DNA of 64,000 bases from the human T2T-CHM13v2.0 reference genome, Homo sapiens, in the NCBI GenBank assembly GCA_009914755.4, contig CP068257.2, positions 12,896,001-12,960,000 of the forward strand, written 5' to 3'. Shown here one piece after another: positions 41,443-54,116 of the stretch. Position numbers and translations under genes: made by a program. The notes under the pieces were generated by a model. It was given only the letters and a program-made list of their open reading frames with translations, did not search any database and had not been told where the DNA came from. Every line of letters starts with the position of its first letter. Position 1 is the first letter of the stretch.

Positions 41443-41795
41443 CCATGAATGTAGGAGATCCATATCTGAGCAGGAAGACTTGAGACGTGTGTGGCGAATA
41501 CAAGAGGAGCAGTGGTCCCAGGGTCCAACTTGTGCTATTTGGAAATCAAGACATGTCCAGAGAGGGTTTTCAGGAAAAAGCTTCCAGTGATGCCACATGT
41601 AAGCTTCACCTTCATACCAAGCTAATTTATCTTCCAAGTTGCAGTCATTTAAAGTGCTGGATCTACCCAGTGATGCAGAAAGAGTATCCAATCTAATCTC
41701 CATTTCTTCCTTCCTCCTCGTGCTAACACTATTCACTTTCTTTTCTCGGGACTTGGTTAATTTCAAACAAGAAATCAACGTGTCATCTTCATCTT
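41443..41795 (-). CDS. Candidate internal protein-coding exon (353 nt) of an unidentified minus-strand gene; encodes ~117 aa '(E)DEDDTLISCLKLTKSREKKVNSVSTRRKEEMEIRLDTLSASLGRSSTLNDCNLEDKLAWYEGEAYMWHHWKLFPENPLWTCLDFQIAQVGPWDHCSSCIRHTRLKSSCSDMDLLHSW'
   Basis: On the minus strand the acceptor 'tttttaacctatttctttgtcattcag|AAGATGAAGATGAC' is a good polypyrimidine tract plus AG (AG is the complement of 41797-41796). The frame is open through the segment as part of the ORF 41269..41778(-), whose stop-to-stop frame extends to ~41840. It ends at '...CATTCATGG|gtaagtttgcag', a perfect GTAAGT donor consensus (complement of 41442-41437). The sequence is non-repetitive and locally less AT-rich. One caveat: the frame stays open another 58 codons past the donor, so the open frame itself does not set the exon boundary. 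Confidence 0.3.
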
Positions 41796-42679
41796 CTGAA
41801 TGACAAAGAAATAGGTTAAAAACTATGATTATAATTCTTCACATATAGGAATTATTCTTCCATTTATATAAGAGAAATAAATACACTGCAATGGATAAAC
41901 CAAGAAGTCATTCAATTTTATAAAATTATTTACAGCAGCATTTATTTAAAAAGCAAGTTATTTTGCTATATAAAATTTTTTGTTTTGTAAAAGTCGCATT
42001 TTTCTGACATTTTTGAAACCATAACAATTGATTAAATTCTATCTCACTGGAAAGAATGGAGGCCACATACAAATAATATGCTGAAAGATATTTGAGAAAA
42101 AAATACAATTAAAAAACCCACCTCTTATGTTTCTATTCTTAAATATTTTTTTAATTTTTAAGGTCATGTGTATAATAAAGAATTATAAGGAAATAAATAA
42201 AATTATTTGCCTTACTTAAAAGAATAAAATCTCAGTGGTTTGGACTGAAATCCTACTGACATTCTGAAATTGTCTATTTTAATATCAATCTACCAAGAGA
42301 TGTATGGATGCAGTGTGTCTCACAGTGAAATGGTTTTCAAAAAACAAGAACGACAAAAATTTAAAAAAGCCATATCTGTAATACCATAAAGTTCATTTGT
42401 GAGATCTATATTTACACAATGTGGCAAAGACTCTGATGAAATTTCTAGTAATGTAGAAAACAGTTACAGAAAATAGAAATATATATCACCCAGAGTCAAT
42501 TGCTCTATGTCATGGAATCCCTTTAAATCCAAACGTTTAATGGGTATTTTTAAAAGAGTTCGATTACTTAAGGCATGCTATTATAAATAAATAAATGAAA
42601 ATCAAAGTTGCATGCCATGGACATACCAATTTGCTATGCTTACATCAAAATTCAAATACATTGTTTTCTATGGCCAAGG

Positions 42680-42800
42680 AATGGCGACAGTGGACACTGC
42701 TGAGCTTCCTCCATTGCTCTCTCTCACTGTGTCTCGGAGCCCGGTCTTGAAGGCAAGGAGAAACGGGGCGGTGCATAAATACGGGGTAAAATTCAGGAAC
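42680..42800 (-). promoter_or_regulatory. Isolated CpG-rich patch with a TATA-like element and a GC box; possible minor promoter or first-exon region for a minus-strand transcript
   Basis: 'ggcgacagtggacactgctgagcttcctccattgctctctctcactgtgtctcggagcccggtcttgaaggcaaggagaaacggggcggtgcataaatacgggg' has 6 CpGs in about 100 bp, while the surrounding kilobases have almost none. On the minus strand it reads 'ccccgtatttatgcaccgccccgtttctccttgcc': a TATTTAT TATA-like box followed by a CCGCCCC (Sp1-type) GC box. Downstream come a Kozak-like ATG ('gagagcaATGGag') and a GTAAGC donor candidate ('ttttgat|gtaagca', ~42644/42643). Confidence 0.2.
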
Positions 42801-45295
42801 AGATGGGGATGTCTGTTTTAAAATAACTTGGCAATAAAAAAAAATCCTCAATGTTTAATGATTATCTTAAGACTTTATCAAAATGGGCTTCATTAACGTA
42901 TGCTTCCTTAGTTCTCCCTCAAAGGAGTTTTAACAGCTTATTGAGTTCTTACTTACGGAGGTTTATTAATGTCGGTTTCACCTCATCCAGATTCTGCACT
43001 CTGGCTTTCTTAGTCCAAACCAGTTTCTGTAGTCGCTTTAATGTCCCCATTGATTCCACAGGGTCACTGCCTGATTTTATGGCCTAGCACAAACACAGCT
43101 CAAGGTAAAGACAAATTATTCCTCACAAAAGATTAAATATAAAATATGTTGAGATCATAAATGTGGAAAAATTAATAATGTGACCTTAAAACCTGAAGCC
43201 TGAGTCAATTTAAGCACTAACTTGAAAGCACACCATACTTTTTGGGTTCAAAATTATAAAATATGTTACAACTGGCCAGTCATACTAAAGCAGAGTGGTT
43301 TTACCATTTTTTTTTTTTTTTACTTCAAAATACAGCAAAATGGATTGAATTCAGAAATATCTATAAATGACTCACTCCTGCCCACTGTGAAACAGCGGAA
43401 AAAAACAAGATCTTTGCAGTGTAATATAGATGGAACAAGAGGTTCAAAGTTGCTATTTGCTAGTATTGGAATAGACTGATAGTATACAAAGTCTACCTGC
43501 TAATATTAGATAAAGCAGAATTTAAATAGTCTTCATTTTCTTTTTGGAAATTTGTGGACAAACAACATTTGTTTCAAGTATGAAAATTTTTCAAATAACA
43601 TACTTTTAAAAAAATAGCCTCTTGCTTTCTAGAAGATATGCACTAAGTGAAACAAAAGATAGCCACAGCATACCACATCATGTTTTAGAATATGTGTCAC
43701 TTGTTTATTATGACAAAATATGGACAAAATATAATTAACATTGCATTAATGACTCTTGTTTTCTTTAAAAGATTCAGGAATGTTTCCCACTAGTTTACTG
43801 TTGAATTTGTATTTATACAGCTTTTACTTATTATCTTAAGTATAGTTCCTCTTAAGGATTTCAAAATACTTTGGAAATTAACTCTTTGTGTGCTAAGTTT
43901 TATAGGAATTGATAAAAATCATTGTGTTCTGTTGAATTCACTAGTTGTGATGTAATACATATAGGAATACTTTTTCATCCAGAAAGTTCTAGACTCAGAA
44001 ATATTTCTCCACCTGCTTTTGTCTCATTCTTTCCATTGAACAGCTGATAAATAGCATCTACAAAGACACTGCAGTTTTCAAGAGGTGAATATTTGCTTCC
44101 TCATTAATGTTTGAATGAGACATATTTATAATAATGCTTTCCAATCCTTTTAAGGAGACTATAAGCCCAAATAAATGTTTGGAAGTAAAGGATATCTGAC
44201 ATGCAACATTTCCAATCTTTATACTCAGCTGTTATCTTTGTTCTTTAAGAATGACTTTGCACAACCAGTATAAACTTGTTGATCTGTCTCTGCAAAATAG
44301 CACTTACGTAGGAAATGTGACGTTTTTGTCAGAGGAAGCCATACCTTTTTGCATTAAATAAGTGGGAAAATATTGAAATCATTTTAATCTTTCAGAAAGG
44401 ACTGTGATGAGATATGCTTAGAAGCACAAAATCTTCCCTCTCTTTCCAAAGGCCATGCTCTGCTCATCACAATTTCTATTGCTGTTTATTTTTTTGTATT
44501 ATTTCTCAGTGTTTCTTTTAGTGCTTTCTGAGTTACTTGATTTTATAGACCCTTTACAACTCAGGAAAGGCCATTTTCTACTCTTTAGACCCTTTCAGAA
44601 ATAATAAGATGACATTGCACAACCATTTTTTCTTTGTTGTGCTTCTATTCTTATGGCAACTTCTTGTTACAGCCAAAGCTTAATTGCTCCACTGAAACAC
44701 TGGCAACAAAAATCGTCTTCTCTTCTCCCTTTGTGAAAAAGGCTTTCACTTAATGTGGAGAAAGGTATTATATACCAGGGAAATGGAACTTTGTATAAAT
44801 GATTTTCCCCCAAGAGGAACTAAAGCATTTGGAAGGTATCTGAATTCAGGTAAGTAAGATCTCATGTCCTAGAGGTTTTAAAACAAACTGACCTTTCATT
44901 ATTTTGTTCACATTCTATTGTAGCCTTTTTAAAGCATGATATTGTTAATTTTTGTATCTTTATTCACTTTGAGTTACTGGACATCAGTCTACTGCATTTT
45001 ATTTATTTTTAAAAATCCTATGTGCCTAGGATTGTACATGGCTTAATAAATATGTACTGAATGTAAATACAATCCTAATTTTATACATGTTTTATATACA
45101 AAATGGAGTATCCATAGTACATGTTTGATACTAGACTCATTACTTTCTAGTAGCAAATTATTTCTGGACAACCTCCTCTTGTTAATAGGTACTATATATC
45201 CAAGGGATGAAATTTAGAGTTAATATTATTATAAAAGATATAGAATCATTACAACTATGTATTAAAAAGAAAATGTATTCAGATTAAAAATACAG

Positions 45296-45626
<331 letters not shown>

Positions 45627-45769
45627 TCAAATAATAACCCTATTTATCTCAATTCTCTTATCCATTACCTACATATTTGTACTGAATGTGATTGATTAAG
45701 TTTTATAGTAACATACCTTTTAAATTTTAAATGTGTTCTAAGAAGATTAACCCATAAATTAAACCTAGC

Positions 45770-46330
45770 ATTCAACAAATCAATAAACTTTTATTTGAGC
45801 ACCTAGTAAATGCCAAGCACTATCTCACATTCTGGGGATATGGCATAGAGGAAGTAATATGAGATCACAGTTTTTATCAAGTCTAATTCTAGAGGGAGGT
45901 GACAGGCGATAAACATATAAACAAGTATATAAACATAAGAATGTGACATAAGAAATGCTGTATTAATAATTAACAGGGTGATTAGTGAGGATGCAAAAAG
46001 AGGGTTTATTAATATACTGATCAGGAGGAGCTTCACTGAAGATACTAAAGCTGAGGCCTGAATGATGAGAAGGAACCAGATATGTGAAGATTTAGAGAGG
46101 GTTTAGAATTCAGCAGATGGTCAGAAAGAATATTTCACCTGAGACTTGCATTGGAGAAAAAGTCAGCCAGGCAAGTAGCAGAGAGAAGAGAAGTCTTGGA
46201 ACACAATACAGTTTGCAAAGGTTCTAAAGCTGGAATTTCTGGAAGAATGCTTAGTATGTGCCCATGAAGGGAAAGAAAGGAAGAGTACCAAGAGATGAGC
46301 CCAGAGAATAACAGAGATCCTTCCAGGAAG
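45770..46330 (-). mobile_element. Ancient LINE-2 (L2) 3'-end-like fragment, antisense; subfamily not assignable by eye
   Basis: 'cattcaacaaatcaataaacttttatttgagcacctagtaaatgccaagcactatctcacattctggggatatggcatagaggaagtaatatgagatcac...gtgacaggcgataaacatataaacaag...gaggagcttcactgaagatactaaagctgaggcctgaatgatgagaaggaaccagatatgtgaagatttagagagggtttag' parallels the shared L2/MIR 3' region ('cattcaacaaatatttattgagcacctactatgtgccaggcactgtgctaggtgctgggg...gaggtgacatttgagctgagacctgaatgatgagaaggagccagccatg...'). Confidence 0.4.
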
Positions 46331-47054
46331 CTTCTGTAGAGCAGGTTGAAGAATATGGAATATCTAATCAGAGGGTGATACAACTTGGTTTACAGTTTTG
46401 TTCTTCTCTCTCTACTGAATTTTGATTTTCCATTTCAATGGACTCTTCCCAATAGCATTCAAACGTGCTTCATGTTATTCATCTTTACTTCACCATCTTT
46501 TATTTACCACTTTTTCTATTCTTCTTTGATCCTAGGCATTTGTATCAAAAATGTGAACTATGTATGCTTCCTTTAATTCTATTAACTTCTCATCCTTTTA
46601 ATCTATCTCATCTATCAGCTTTCATCTCTACCATTCCCTTTTAATTGTCATTTTGATCTAATGAGCCATTCTTAAACTCCTTTACTATTTGATATTCAGC
46701 AATGTTGACCACAGTGACCTTCTGGAAACACTCTCTTTTCTTGGCTTCTGTGACACCATGTTCCTCTGATTTTCCTTTTGCCTTTTTTGGCCCTTCCCTC
46801 TATAACTCCTATATGCTGACACCTTCCTTTTCTTGAAATTAAATTTTGAAATTACTTAAGGATTAACCCTGGCCTTTTATCTGATATCACCACCATTCTC
46901 TTCTCATGTGCATGCATGCACACATACCACTTTTAATATCACTTATATGCTAATGACTCCCAATTTATTTCTTTCCCCAGGCCTCTCTGCAGAGCTTCAG
47001 ACTCACATATCCAACTATGTATTTAAAACAATTTTTTTTTTGTTTTATCCATCA

Positions 47055-47092
47055 CCTTATTTATTTATTTATTTATTTTTTTAATTTTTTTT
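47055..47092 (-). repeat. (TTTA)n / poly(T) block, the A-rich/(TAAA)n tail of the minus-strand L1
   Basis: 'ttatttatttatttatttatttttttaatttttttt' sits immediately left of the reverse-complemented L1 terminus. Confidence 0.7.
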
Positions 47093-47891
47093 ATTACACT
47101 TTAAGTTTTAGGGTACATGTGCACATTGTGCAGGTTAGTTACATATGTATACATGTGCCATGCTGGTGCGCTGCATTAGGTATATCTCCCAATGCTATCC
47201 CTCCCCCCTCCCCCCACCCCGCAACAGTCCCCAGAGTGTGATATTCCCCTTCCTGTGTCCATGTGATCTCATTGTTCAATTCCCACCTATGAGTGAGAAT
47301 ATGCGGTGTTTGGTTTTTTGTTCTTGCGATAGTTTACCGAGAATGATGATTTCCAATTTCATCCATGTCCCTACAAAGGACATGAACTCATCATTTTTTA
47401 TGGCTGCATAGTATCCCATGGTGTATATGTGCCATATTTTCTTAATCCAGTCTATCATTGTTGGACATTTGGGTTGGTTCCAAGTCTTTGCTATTGTGAA
47501 TAATGCCGCAATAAACATACGTGTGCATGTGTCTTTATAGCAGCATGATTTATAGTCCTTTGGGTATATACCCAGTAATGGGATGGCTGGGTCAAATGGT
47601 ATTTCTAGTTCTAGATCCCTGAGGAATCGCCACACTGACTTCCACAATGGTTGAACTAGTTTACAGTCCCACCAACAGTGTAAAAGTGTTCCTATTTCTC
47701 CACATCCTCTCCAGCACCTGTTGTTTCCTGACTTTTTAATGATCGCCATTCTAACTGGTGTGAGATGGTATCTCATTGTGGTTTTGATTTGCATTTCTCT
47801 GATGGCCAGTGATGATGAGCATTTTTTCATGTGTTTTTTGGCTGCATAAATGTCTTCTTTTGAGAAGTATCTGTTCATGTCCTTCGCCCAC
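47093..47891 (-). mobile_element. LINE-1 3' end (young L1PA-type, antisense), 5'-truncated to ~800 bp; ORF2 C-terminal frame intact for 200 codons
   Basis: The reverse-complemented L1 terminus 'attacactttaagttttagggtacatgtgcacattgtgcaggttagttacatatgtatacatgtgccatgctggtg' and the G-rich 3'UTR ('ccctcccccctccccccaccccgcaacagtcccc') are present. ORF 47276..47878(-) reads '[200 protein letters not shown]', the L1 ORF2p C-terminus. The 5' truncation is at '...ctgttcatgtccttcgcccac'. Confidence 0.95.
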
Positions 47892-47994
47892 TAAGCACAG
47901 TCAGAACTGACCTCTAGAACTATGCTCCAAATATGATGCTCATCCCATCTTCTTCAACTCAGTGAAGGCCATCTTCATCCACCCAAGTGCACAT

Positions 47995-48096
47995 TCCATA
48001 ACTAAGAGTTTCATCTATTCTATCTTCAAAATGTATCTTGAATGTCCATAACTAAGAGTTTCGTCTATTCTATCTCCAAAATGTATCTTGAATGTT
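47995..48096. repeat. Tandem duplication, 2 x ~51 bp (2 mismatches)
   Basis: 'tccataactaagagtttcatctattctatcttcaaaatgtatcttgaatg' is followed immediately by 'tccataactaagagtttcgtctattctatctccaaaatgtatcttgaatg'. Confidence 0.85.
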
Positions 48097-48834
48097 TCTT
48101 TTTCTCCATCTCTATTGTTACCAATCTAGTTTAATTTTCTTTCATTGAAACTACTGTCAAGTCTCTAATTGGTTTTCTTTTCACTTTTGTCTTTGTAATT
48201 TAGAGTCTTCTTTGAAAGATATAAATTTCCATCAAAATGGTAATTATATGTTAATGTAAATGTAATTTTTCATATGTATATATTTAACATGTATATACTA
48301 TGTATTTCATATATTTGTGTCTATAAACAGAAATATCTTTTAGTTCATTTTGCTCACTCTTCCTTAAGTAATACAAAAATTTTGTTAGAAGTGCTTGGTT
48401 AAATATATCTCATTTTCAGACACTTTGCTTGAATATTAATATTAGAGAATACTTTTTAGAAGATAGCATCAATGAATTATTGAACTGGATTAGTCCTACG
48501 ATCATATTTTATGAGCTAGGATGGAAATTATTAGACATCTAGTCTACCAGGCTATATAAAAAATGAGAAAACTCAGAGAAGTTAAGTGGCTTACTCAAGG
48601 AAAGATAATTTATTAATAATAGAGTTGGGATGGAAATCAAGTATTCTGACTTTTAATCCAATGTTCTTTCTTACAAGATCTTTAAATGCCAGCATAATTA
48701 CTAGTTATCTAGTATTGACAGCCAAATTAAGACCAACCAAATTCAGGGAATTTATTTGGAGGTTAAATATGGCTTTCCAAAACAGAGGATAAGTATCAGG
48801 TACTTTCAGATTTATAGGCCTATCCTCTTAAATA

Positions 48835-48900
48835 TACATAATTAAGAAGGAAATATATAAATATATGTGTGTGTACGTATGTATATACCTACATATATTT
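48835..48900. repeat. TA/TG-rich low-complexity microsatellite
   Basis: 'aaatatataaatatatgtgtgtgtacgtatgtatatacctacatatattt'. Confidence 0.6.
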
Positions 48901-49578
48901 GCTGGAAAGGCATTTAAAGCTTTTAAATCTCTCTTGATTTTATCACTTCCTTTTAAAGAAGGAAAATTTAGGCTTATGGAGACTAACAAAATCCAGATTG
49001 CGTTATCTGTCTGAATTATGTTCTCTTTACTCCACTAATGAAAAGATAGCTGAATAACACGTCAGACTTGAATGAAGTAAAAAACAAAACAAAACAAAGC
49101 AGAAAACCCTTTGTTTTTGCTCTTCTTCTTAATTTCTGATTTGGAAAAATTTTCCTCTCTAGTGTCATATTTAACAAATATTCAAATAACAAATCCTAAT
49201 AACTTGATGTCTATCTCACATAATTTCTTCAACAGGAGAAATGGAGTTTTTCAAAAATTAATATTTTGGTTTATTTTTAAAGAAAACTGTAATGGAAACC
49301 GAAACTTCAAGTAGTTTCATATGTATCACATTGACAGTTTTCTCTAAGTTTTCTGGTCTTATGACTCGTTGTTTCATTATTAAAACTGTGCCAGTGTATG
49401 CATAGGGCTTAGAAATTTTTTAATGCTCCCATGTATTAAGTGAAAAACCAGAATGTAAATTTGTATAAAAAGTACAAACACCATTATATGTGGCCTTTTT
49501 CTATCTTTATATATTCTACTCTTCTTAGTTTTCTACAGTGAAGATGTGTTAGTTTTGTAATTAGCATAATTGGGAGAA

Positions 49579-49906
<328 letters not shown>

Positions 49907-52900
49907 TAAACTACAAAATGTATTTAGAAGGCAGATTTCAATAATCCAATCTATCCTTGCTAAGGACAGAAGTATTCAATTTTTTCTACTGGTAATTTGT
50001 TCTTAGCCACTTGAATGGGAAGGTGCTTAGAGACAGGAAGAAGAGAGCTACTTTCATGGTAAAACAAAATAAAGAAGAGGTTTTAAATGTTGAATTATTA
50101 AACCCCTAACTCTATATCTTCATTTCCTCCTATATAAAAGTGACTAGTCTCTATTCATGACCTAAAACATATTCTAAAAAGATAATTTTTAAGGTCACAA
50201 TGATCAATAAACATTTAGAAACTCAATGGACAGTAATAAAACCAATGGGATTATGAACTAGAATTGATCAATGCAAACACATGAAAACAAATACATTTCA
50301 CTTCAGAGGTTTATTTTATTGCTTTCTTGGAAATACAATTAATTAAAAAGACAATTTAAGATAATTTATGCAAATGAAATATTGATTGAAGAAATAATTA
50401 CAGTTGGTGGGAAAATTGCCATGTTGACATTAGATATTCATATATCATTATAATTTTAAAAATTATTATTTTTCAGTGATAGAAACTGAACTTAAACTAA
50501 GATTGGAAAAACACAATAAAGCTAGGCAAAATTTTAAGTCATCAAATAAATGAGTAATTGAATGAATTAGTTAATAAAATCAAATATATTCTCCTGGAAG
50601 GCTTATAAGACATTTATTTATTCATTTATCAGATGAGGACCTAATTTATTACTGAGGACCTAATCTACGGGAGGTGCAAAGAAGAATGAAATATTGTGTC
50701 TGCCTGTGATGCACATTGCTTAATATGAATACTAAGAAAAATAGTCATCTGTTTCTGTTCCTGTCCCCCTCACTGCAAGGTGATTTCTTTGGGGTTCTAG
50801 TACTGTTTTACACATATCACTTCCTAGAGTCAGTATGGTCAATAAATACATTCAATCTCAACAGCAGGCCAAAAATACATCTGGAGGAAAAAGTAGATGT
50901 GTCATATGAGAACTACAAATAAAATTCAATGATTATTCACAGGAGAAAGATTGCATAAGGTGAGAGTAGGGAGAAGAAATGTGCTTGGCTAGAGGATTAG
51001 CAGGTATTTAAGAAGCTAAGCAGTATAATTTAGGTTATCTAACAAAGCCATTTATGTAATAGTCTTATTCCACTGTAAAAACACTAAAACCCTTTCAAGT
51101 CCTAACATAATATTCTAGCTCCTCCTTCCTCTCAAGCAGATTTTGATGTGCATAATTCTGGTTTTGGAATAACATGCCCTCTGAGAACACAGTAAAAAAA
51201 GAAAGGAGTCTTTCAGAAGCCACACAGGCCCAATTTTCCATAGTATAATGAAGTCGCAATGTCACTGTCATTTCTCCACTTCTGCAGGGGAAGCCAAGAC
51301 TGCTTTTTGCTCACTGACCTATAGCTTTGGGTCAGTCTTTGAATGTGGACACACTGCCAAGCTAGCTGGGAGTTGCCAGGATTACACAAACCAGCATTGC
51401 AAATGGGGGTTGTGTTGATTTAAGAGAAAAGGCCACAGAAGCCACATCTTTCTTACTTCCTGCGTAATATCCTCTGCTCTGAAATTTTGAAGAAGTTTCT
51501 AGAACTACTCATAAGAACATTTCTGTTTCTGGGTACACCTCCTAGCTGACCAAAAATTATGAACAATAGGAAATTTAAGAGCCAGTATGCAAATTAATTA
51601 ATTTTTATTAAGTATCTATTGGATTCTTAGCAAGAAGAGGAGCTATGAATGGAAAATTACACAGTAAAAAAACATTTTTATCTAATATTTATTTCATATA
51701 CACAAGAAATGTTAAGAAAACCTAGAGTAAGAACCTGCCCTTGTGTGCCGACTAATGATTGTTCTGCTTTGAAAATCTGCTTTGTGACTGGCCATGTGAA
51801 CTTGAGTGAGCCACTTCTCCTCTCTGCACTTCAGCCCTTCATCTTTAAATTGAAGGATTGGATCACAGGAATTCATTGTTCCTCAAATATCCTTGGGGAC
51901 ATTTGACTAGATAAGTATCTTCTTTTGTTACTTTACATAAATTCTTGAGCCTTAGAAAAATATCAAGGAAAAAGTGAGAATGACCTACTGTTAATCACAG
52001 ATTATCAGAGTCTAAAGAAATATTCTCTACTCCAACATTTTACTTCAAAAATGTGGAAACGGAAATGCAGAAATACGAATTAAGTGGCCTAAGAGCACAG
52101 TCCGTGGTAGAGCCAAGTCCTGCAATCTAGTTCTCTTGCTTCTGTTTCTAATTAAGGAATTTCATAATCCTCCCAAATGTATAGCTTTATTTTCATCTGA
52201 AAGTCCTGTTAGTATTTACTGAGGTTCATTTGTTTGTTTCCCACAGCTTTTTGATATTTAACTAGTCATTAAAAACTCAGATAGCATGAGAAATAGCAAT
52301 AATTTTCTTTTAGGGAACAGAAGTAATATTTAAATCATAACTTTCCATCACCTCTTCCTCCTACCTAGCACAACTTAGACATCTCTTAGACAAAAAAATA
52401 CATATAGTTGAAAAGAAAACTATTATAAAAACTTAGATGTTAATAACATGTTAATAATATTGGGGAAGAGAGAGCTATAAATAAAGATATCAAAACTTTT
52501 GTATTCATACCTACATAAAGAAACATGATTTACTAAGAGTAGTTATTTCTCACAAAATTACAGTTACATTTTGGGAAGCAATGGTCAAATAAGTTGCAAA
52601 CATTAGCTTGTAGTGTTCTGAAGCCATCTAGAACAAGAACTACAAATAGGACTTATAGTTGTTTCATATCAATAATGCTATAATACTTGTTGATGTATGT
52701 GAATATCCTGGAAATTTGCCTGACCTTCTAAAACATGTCCTTTCCATGAACTTCTGTTTAGCAATATCTCAACAAGGAAAGGAAGGCAGTTGATGTGATT
52801 TTAATATCATAAGGGAGAGCTGGCACACAGAGATACTTTTTAAAAAATGGTTTTACTATATTTCATTCTATGGACTATAATCCAATTAATTACTTGATTT

Positions 52901-53559
52901 CCTGTTATGGCATACTCATGCTGTTTCCAAGTTCTCTTTTTTAGCAATGCTATAATGATGTACACTTCTCCCAGAAACATGGGATAACACCTATTTCCCC
53001 CAAAATCAGACGACATGCTTTTTAACATTATAAATTTTTTCCTATCTCAGGAAAAATTGCTAAATTTTAGGGAAAATTTTTTATATAACAACCTTTCCTT
53101 CTTTGAAGGAAATGCTTTATGTTCCTTTTAGTTCAGAAAACCACTCAGTAAGGACAAGCCTCTATTTATGTTCTTTAGAAACACTTCCATGTGGCAGCTG
53201 AAAACAGAAGTAATAAAGAACTATAGAAAACAGTGCTTGTGGCATTAAAATGAGTGGAAAAGAGATGGGAAATCCACTTAAATAGTTACATCTGGGAAGA
53301 AATGTCTCACCAGTTCATCAACAGTGGTCTCAACATGTCTTTGATAGTGAAATGGACTCCAACATTCAGAGGTCACCTTAGAAATTAGAAAAGGAAAAAG
53401 AGACAACTAATGTTAACATTCTTTAAAAAACAAAACAAAAAAACTCCACAAAGCTACCAAACTAATTGGGAAAGGATTCGCTGTCTTAATTAGAAATAAT
53501 TATCTTGTTATCAAAGTACACTGATTAATGTTTCATCAGTGACTTCATCTGCATATATA

Positions 53560-53665
53560 CACATATATAGACAAATATGGAATATGTGTATGTATACATA
53601 GTATATACACATTATATATCCATATATGTGTGTGTGATATGTGTATGTGTCTATGTGTATTAGAT
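53560..53665. repeat. TATG/TG-rich low-complexity microsatellite
   Basis: 'atatacacatatatagacaaatatggaatatgtgtatgtatacatagtatatacacattatatatccatatatgtgtgtgtgatatgtgtatgtgtctatgtgta'. Confidence 0.6.
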
Positions 53666-54044
53666 TCACTCCTCAGCCCTCACATAGAGCAATTCCAATC
53701 CATGATCTCACATTTAGAAGGGTTGGTGGAAAGGGGGGATCCCGAATGTTTTATGAAGCAGCCCACTCTAATCCCTTAGTGCTCTACATTATTAGGTACA
53801 CAATGGACATCCATTTTAGATACTCTAATTGAGTTTAAACTCAAGCCAAATACACATTTGGATTAATATCTCAAGTCATAGTGTGGGATGTCTTTTATTA
53901 CATTTGGTACCTGTCAGTGTAACCTTCTAACTGTCAGCTTCTACTCCTTTTGAAAACTTTATGTACCTGATATCAAACAATTTCTACCTAGGGCACTTCA
54001 GGACTGCAGCAAAGGGCATTTGATGGAGTCTATAACAGGTAATA

Positions 54045-54110
54045 AAATGGTGCTGTGGTCTGAATATTTGTGTTGCCCCCAAATTAATATGTTGGAATGT
54101 AATACACAAT
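54045..54110 (+). mobile_element. MLT1-type MaLR LTR, 5' piece (host element split by a nested insertion)
   Basis: 'ggtgctgtggtctgaatatttgtgttgcccccaaattaatatgttggaatgtaatacacaatatgatagtgt' resembles the MLT1 5' start 'tgtgtccccccaaaattcatatgttgaagccctaaccccca'. Confidence 0.45.
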
Positions 54111-54116
54111 ATGATA

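Noticed and set aside
45770-46130. Tempting to call the region beginning 'cattcaacaaatcaataaac...' a MIR SINE
   Set aside because: The similarity continues well beyond the ~260-bp MIR length into sequence matching the L2 3' region, so I annotated it as L2-like at low confidence. MIR and L2 share this tail, and I cannot separate them by eye.
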